Virus record (IMG/VR): IMGVR_UViG_3300020460_001010
Span: 30,641-94,640 of that record
Length of the DNA stretch: 64,000 nucleotides
Direction: 5' to 3' (one strand)
Source of the DNA: a virus
Lineage: Duplodnaviria; Caudoviricetes
The notes beneath the pieces are model-generated. The model saw nothing but the letters and a program-made list of their open reading frames with translations, was not told the DNA's origin and did not search any database. Position 1 is the stretch's first letter, and each line of letters starts with the position of its first letter. Shown piece after piece: positions 60,836 to 64,000 of the stretch. The position numbers were made by a program, and so were the translations under genes.

Positions 60836-60934
60836 ATGGAATGTTTGAAAAAAATAATCTGTAAAATTAAATGTTTTTTTGTAAAATGTTGCAAAGACAA
60901 TAGTTGTGAGTGTGCTTGTCACGACAAGAAATAA
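60836..60934 (+). CDS. 32-aa Cys-rich peptide (8 Cys, 1 His)
   Basis: MECLKKIICKIKCFFVKCCKDNSCECACHDKK; ATG lies 4 nt after TATATTTAT (60823-60831). Confidence 0.6.
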   Translation: MECLKKIICKIKCFFVKCCKDNSCECACHDKK

Positions 60935-60943
60935 TTTAATTAC

Positions 60944-60972
60944 TTTACACATACAGTAAATTGTGGTATATT
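60944..60972 (+). promoter_or_regulatory. sigma70-type promoter inside the repeat (second copy at 61863-61891)
   Basis: TTTACA, N17, TATATT, with a TGn extended -10. Confidence 0.6.
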
Positions 60973-61041
60973 ACTTCAATTAATAAAGTTGAAGGAATAG
61001 ACCGATGAAATTTCAAGGAACTGCTATTTGGTGAAGAGGAC

Positions 61042-61716
61042 ATGAGTGAGGAACATACATGGCTTCGGAAATCTGCATGGAATGAGAAGGATGAATACTA
61101 TACTCCCTCCATTTTAGTCAAGGCAATTATTCCCTATCTTAAATGCAATCCTAATACCATTGACCTACCTCACAAAGACATTACTATTTGGTGTCCCTTT
61201 GATACCGAAAATAGTGAGTTTGTTTTGTGCTTACAAGAAGCAGGTTTCAATGTGATTTACAGTCATTTGTGGACGGGACAGGACTTCTTTGAGTATGAAC
61301 CCGAAGAAGAATATCATTACATCGTTTCTAACCCACCATTCACACTCAAATTGAAAGTATTTGAAAGATTATTTGAGTTAGAAAGACCATTTGCTATGGT
61401 CATGGGGCTCCCAATTCTGAACTACCAGGAAGTCGGCTCGGTTTTCCTCAATCATCAACAAAATGACCGCAATCTTCAATTACTGATAGTGGACAAGAAA
61501 GTTTCCTTCGATGGGAATACGGCTTCGTTCAACAATTCGTATTTTTGTTGGAATGTACTTGAAAACGACATTGTATTCCACCATTTAGAGAACAACAATT
61601 CTCGGAAACACTATGTTCCAAGTAGAATGTTTCAAGATGCAGAAAAGGAGACAAAGACAACACCCTTGACACCAAGATCTCTGGTAACCGATACTTTCTT
61701 CCGGAAGGTTGAATGA
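61042..61716 (+). CDS. putative N6-adenine methyltransferase
   Basis: DEYYTP, IWCPFD, GQDFF and IVSNPPF; GAGGA RBS. Confidence 0.8.
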   Translation: MSEEHTWLRKSAWNEKDEYYTPSILVKAIIPYLKCNPNTIDLPHKDITIWCPFDTENSEFVLCLQEAGFNVIYSHLWTGQDFFEYEPEEEYHYIVSNPPFTLKLKVFERLFELERPFAMVMGLPILNYQEVGSVFLNHQQNDRNLQLLIVDKKVSFDGNTASFNNSYFCWNVLENDIVFHHLENNNSRKHYVPSRMFQDAEKETKTTPLTPRSLVTDTFFRKVE

Positions 61717-61853
61717 TAATAGGAGAAATCCTTTCTTTGTTCACTCCATCCGGAATGGAATGTTTGAAAAAAATAATCTGTAAAATTAAATGTTTTTTTG
61801 TAAAATGTTGCAAAGACAATAGTTGTGAGTGTGCTTGTCACGACAAGAAATAA
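61713..61853 (+). CDS. second copy of the Cys-rich peptide with a 14-aa N-terminal extension
   Basis: ATGA overlap with the methyltransferase stop; reads MIIGEILSLFTPSG-MECLKK...; internal ATG at 61755. Confidence 0.45.
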   Translation: MIIGEILSLFTPSGMECLKKIICKIKCFFVKCCKDNSCECACHDKK

Positions 61854-61892
61854 TTTAATTACTTTACACATACAGTAAATTGTGGTATATTA
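61754..61892 (+). repeat. 139-bp direct repeat, copy 2
   Basis: Identical to 60835-60973. Confidence 0.95.
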
Positions 61893-61919
61893 TTTTCCTA
61901 AATATAAGGAGAACTATAT

Positions 61920-62270
61920 ATGAAAAAATTATTGATATTACTATGTTTGGCCACACTTGTATCGTGTGGGATTAAAGATAAGTTTTTAAATTCAAGTACA
62001 GGTGGTTTAGGAGTACCGAAGCAACCAAGTGAAGTCGTGGTACTTGATGATAATGGAACGACACAGAACTCAGATGGGTTACCCACTGAAATTGCCGGCC
62101 ACAAAGTTACTTATTCGGATATGAACACTACAACTGACGATGCATCTGAAGCAAGTCCCGATGAGGTCGAGACTTCGTTTAATTGGTATTATTTGATTTT
62201 GGTCGGCATTCTTTTGATTGTTGCTTTTTTGGTTTATAGGTTAAAAAAGCAGAACATGATTTCGGAGTGA
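61920..62270 (+). CDS. lipoprotein with a C-terminal transmembrane helix (u-spanin-like topology)
   Basis: AAGGAG RBS; signal MKKLLILLCLATLVS-C; C-terminal WYYLILVGILLIVAFLVY-RLKK. Confidence 0.75.
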   Translation: MKKLLILLCLATLVSCGIKDKFLNSSTGGLGVPKQPSEVVVLDDNGTTQNSDGLPTEIAGHKVTYSDMNTTTDDASEASPDEVETSFNWYYLILVGILLIVAFLVYRLKKQNMISE

Positions 62271-62301
62271 ATTAAAGTAACTGGGGGTTATATATATTAG
62301 T

Positions 62302-63309
62302 ATGAAAACGGGTGAACTACTGGGAAAAGAACTGGAAGGTGTGAATCAAATTCTTCCGCACAAGCATAAGTGGGCATGGGACTTGTACGAACAAGGTGTA
62401 AAAAATAACTGGGTACCAACTGACGTACCCATGACAAAGGATGTCCAGCATTGGAAGTCTCCACCTGAAGATTCGTTGAGTGAGGATGAACGATTGGTTA
62501 TCAAGAGATGTCTTGGTTTCTTTGCCGGAAGTGAAAGTTTGGTGGCAAACAATTTGATGACATTATCCAAATATATTACCGACCCAGAATGTAGACAATA
62601 TATGGCACGACAAATGTATGAAGAGTGTTTACACAATCATACAATTGTTTACATCTGCGATAGTTTGGATTTGGATGTTGGTGAAGTATATGAGGCATAT
62701 CAAACGGTACCATCCATTAAGGCAAAGGATGATTTCCTCATGGAAGTTACAGGTGGTTTAAATGAATCAGAGATAAACACCTCCACACAAAAAGGAAGAA
62801 AGGAACTTTACAAGGCCGCATTCACATATTGGGTTGTGTGTGAGGGAACATTCTTTTTCAGTGGTTTCGCAATGTTGCTTGCATTGAGTGACAAGATTCC
62901 TGGTATCGCAGAACAAATTCAATATACACTTCGTGATGAAAGTATTCACATTAAGTTTGGAACTACTTTACTCAACAAACTCCGTGAGCAGTATCCTGAT
63001 ATTATGACCGATAAGTTTGAAACGGAACTTACCGAGGTTTTGAAACGAGCAGTTGACCTTGAAATCGAATATGCACAAGACGTATTACCAAGAGGAATTT
63101 TGGGGTTAAACTCTGAAATGTTTGTGGATTATATGCAGTTCATCGCAAACCGCAGATTGGAAAATTTGGATATGAAGTTTCGTTATGATAGTGATACGAA
63201 TCCGTTTCCGTGGTTAAGTGAGGTTATTGATATTCGTAAGCAGAAGAACTTTTTTGAAACAAGAGTCATTGATTATCAAGATGAATCGGCATTAGTTGAC
63301 GATTTTTAA
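62302..63309 (+). CDS. nrdB: ribonucleotide reductase beta subunit with class Ic-like signatures
   Basis: NNWVPTDV, FFAGSESLV, EECLH, EGTFFFSGF, RDESIH and KNFFETRVIDY. Confidence 0.95.
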   Translation: MKTGELLGKELEGVNQILPHKHKWAWDLYEQGVKNNWVPTDVPMTKDVQHWKSPPEDSLSEDERLVIKRCLGFFAGSESLVANNLMTLSKYITDPECRQYMARQMYEECLHNHTIVYICDSLDLDVGEVYEAYQTVPSIKAKDDFLMEVTGGLNESEINTSTQKGRKELYKAAFTYWVVCEGTFFFSGFAMLLALSDKIPGIAEQIQYTLRDESIHIKFGTTLLNKLREQYPDIMTDKFETELTEVLKRAVDLEIEYAQDVLPRGILGLNSEMFVDYMQFIANRRLENLDMKFRYDSDTNPFPWLSEVIDIRKQKNFFETRVIDYQDESALVDDF

Positions 63310-63335
63310 TCAGTATGTACATATATATATAGTTA

Positions 63336-63557
63336 GTGGAGTACGACCAGGAACTATATGAGAGAAGTTTGTATTATCGTCACGTTGTTGATGAGTGTAA
63401 TGAGATTGATAAGCATAAGTGGATTGAGTCTGAAAAGGCAGGAAAGGACATCGGTAAAGATAACGCACGATGGTCATGGATTTGCAATCACAAGAATAAC
63501 TGGCATTCGTATTGGATCGGAAAAAATCTAAAGCATTTGTCAGATAAAATGGAATAG
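63336..63557 (+). CDS. small DUF4032-like protein
   Basis: EIDKHKWIESEKAGKDIG...W motif; GTG start. Confidence 0.6.
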   Translation: MEYDQELYERSLYYRHVVDECNEIDKHKWIESEKAGKDIGKDNARWSWICNHKNNWHSYWIGKNLKHLSDKME

Positions 63558-63586
63558 TTTTTATATTCCAATAGTATTTATAATAT

Positions 63587-64000
63587 ATGGCAGAAACGGA
63601 CTGGAAAAAACTAAGTGAACAAAAGAATAAAGCGGTCGATGCGAAGACATTTAAGTTCCTTCCATCTGAACCATTTAAAAACTTAAAATTGTTGTTGGTG
63701 GTACTTCTGCACCATGCAGTTGTTATTGGTAATTTTTCTGCATTTTTCATACTAGCATTTCAAGGATTTACTCCGTATGGATTTCCGTGGTATGTTGCAC
63801 TTCCTTTGTGTTCGTTTATTGTACTTGTGTCATTTTCAAAGGTACTTGATTGCCCGATGACTCGTTATGAGAATAAACTGAGGAGGGAAATTGGTAAGCA
63901 AGAGATTCGTGGGTTTATGAAACACTATATAATCAGACCATATGCAAGATTTAGATATCTAAAGAAAAAGAAGAAAGCAAAAAAATCAACGGACACCTGA
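63587..64000 (+). CDS. membrane protein (DUF2784-like)
   Basis: Two hydrophobic segments and CPMTRYENKLR; TGA at 63998-64000. Confidence 0.6.
   Translation: MAETDWKKLSEQKNKAVDAKTFKFLPSEPFKNLKLLLVVLLHHAVVIGNFSAFFILAFQGFTPYGFPWYVALPLCSFIVLVSFSKVLDCPMTRYENKLRREIGKQEIRGFMKHYIIRPYARFRYLKKKKKAKKSTDT

Larger units (their letters stand above)
60835..60973 (+). repeat. 139-bp direct repeat, copy 1
   Basis: Identical to 61754-61892 (offset 919). Confidence 0.95.

Noticed and set aside
60835-61892. 139-bp repeats as IS ends, DGR repeats or genome terminal repeats
   Set aside because: They are direct and identical, only 919 bp apart, internal to the nrdA-nrdB interval, and no transposase or RT is present.
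1-64000. Stop-codon reassignment as seen in some large phages
   Set aside because: Core genes are full length in the standard code, and TAA, TAG and TGA all end genes at sensible boundaries.
1-64000. tRNA or rRNA genes
   Set aside because: Intergenic gaps are short and AT-rich and I saw no cloverleaf or T-loop pattern; tRNAscan-SE would confirm.

Overview
This window is a gene-dense, AT-rich segment of a large T4-like (myovirus-type) bacteriophage. It uses the standard genetic code, and every credible gene is on the + strand. In order it contains: (1) 1-7.1 kb, putative head-associated and accessory proteins, including a P-loop kinase and a nucleotidyltransferase/ligase-like fusion; (2) 7.2-23.2 kb, terminase, portal, prohead protease, scaffold, major capsid and neck genes; (3) 23.3-44.2 kb, sheath, tube, tail chaperone, a 3196-aa tape measure protein and baseplate genes; (4) 44.2-59.2 kb, a short PolA-like protein, a complete PrkA/YeaG-YeaH-SpoVR/YcgB triad, a DNA methyltransferase, SSB, RecA/UvsX, a 5'-3' exonuclease, a helicase and NrdA; (5) 59.3-64 kb, an accessory island of exported proteins and a second methyltransferase flanked by perfect 139-bp direct repeats, then NrdB. 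The strongest observations are the phage-borne PrkA-YeaH-SpoVR operon, a start-less ORF reachable only by a +1/-2 frameshift at a U7 run in the tail chaperone gene, an NrdB with class Ic (Mn/Fe, no radical Tyr) signatures, and the repeat-flanked methyltransferase cassette that duplicates a promoter and a Cys-rich peptide gene. Two weaker patterns recur across the window: an N-terminal helix plus [LIV]-x-E cleavage pattern suggesting capsid-loaded cargo, and a YATATTTAT upstream motif. All family assignments come from recognising motifs by eye; no searches were run.
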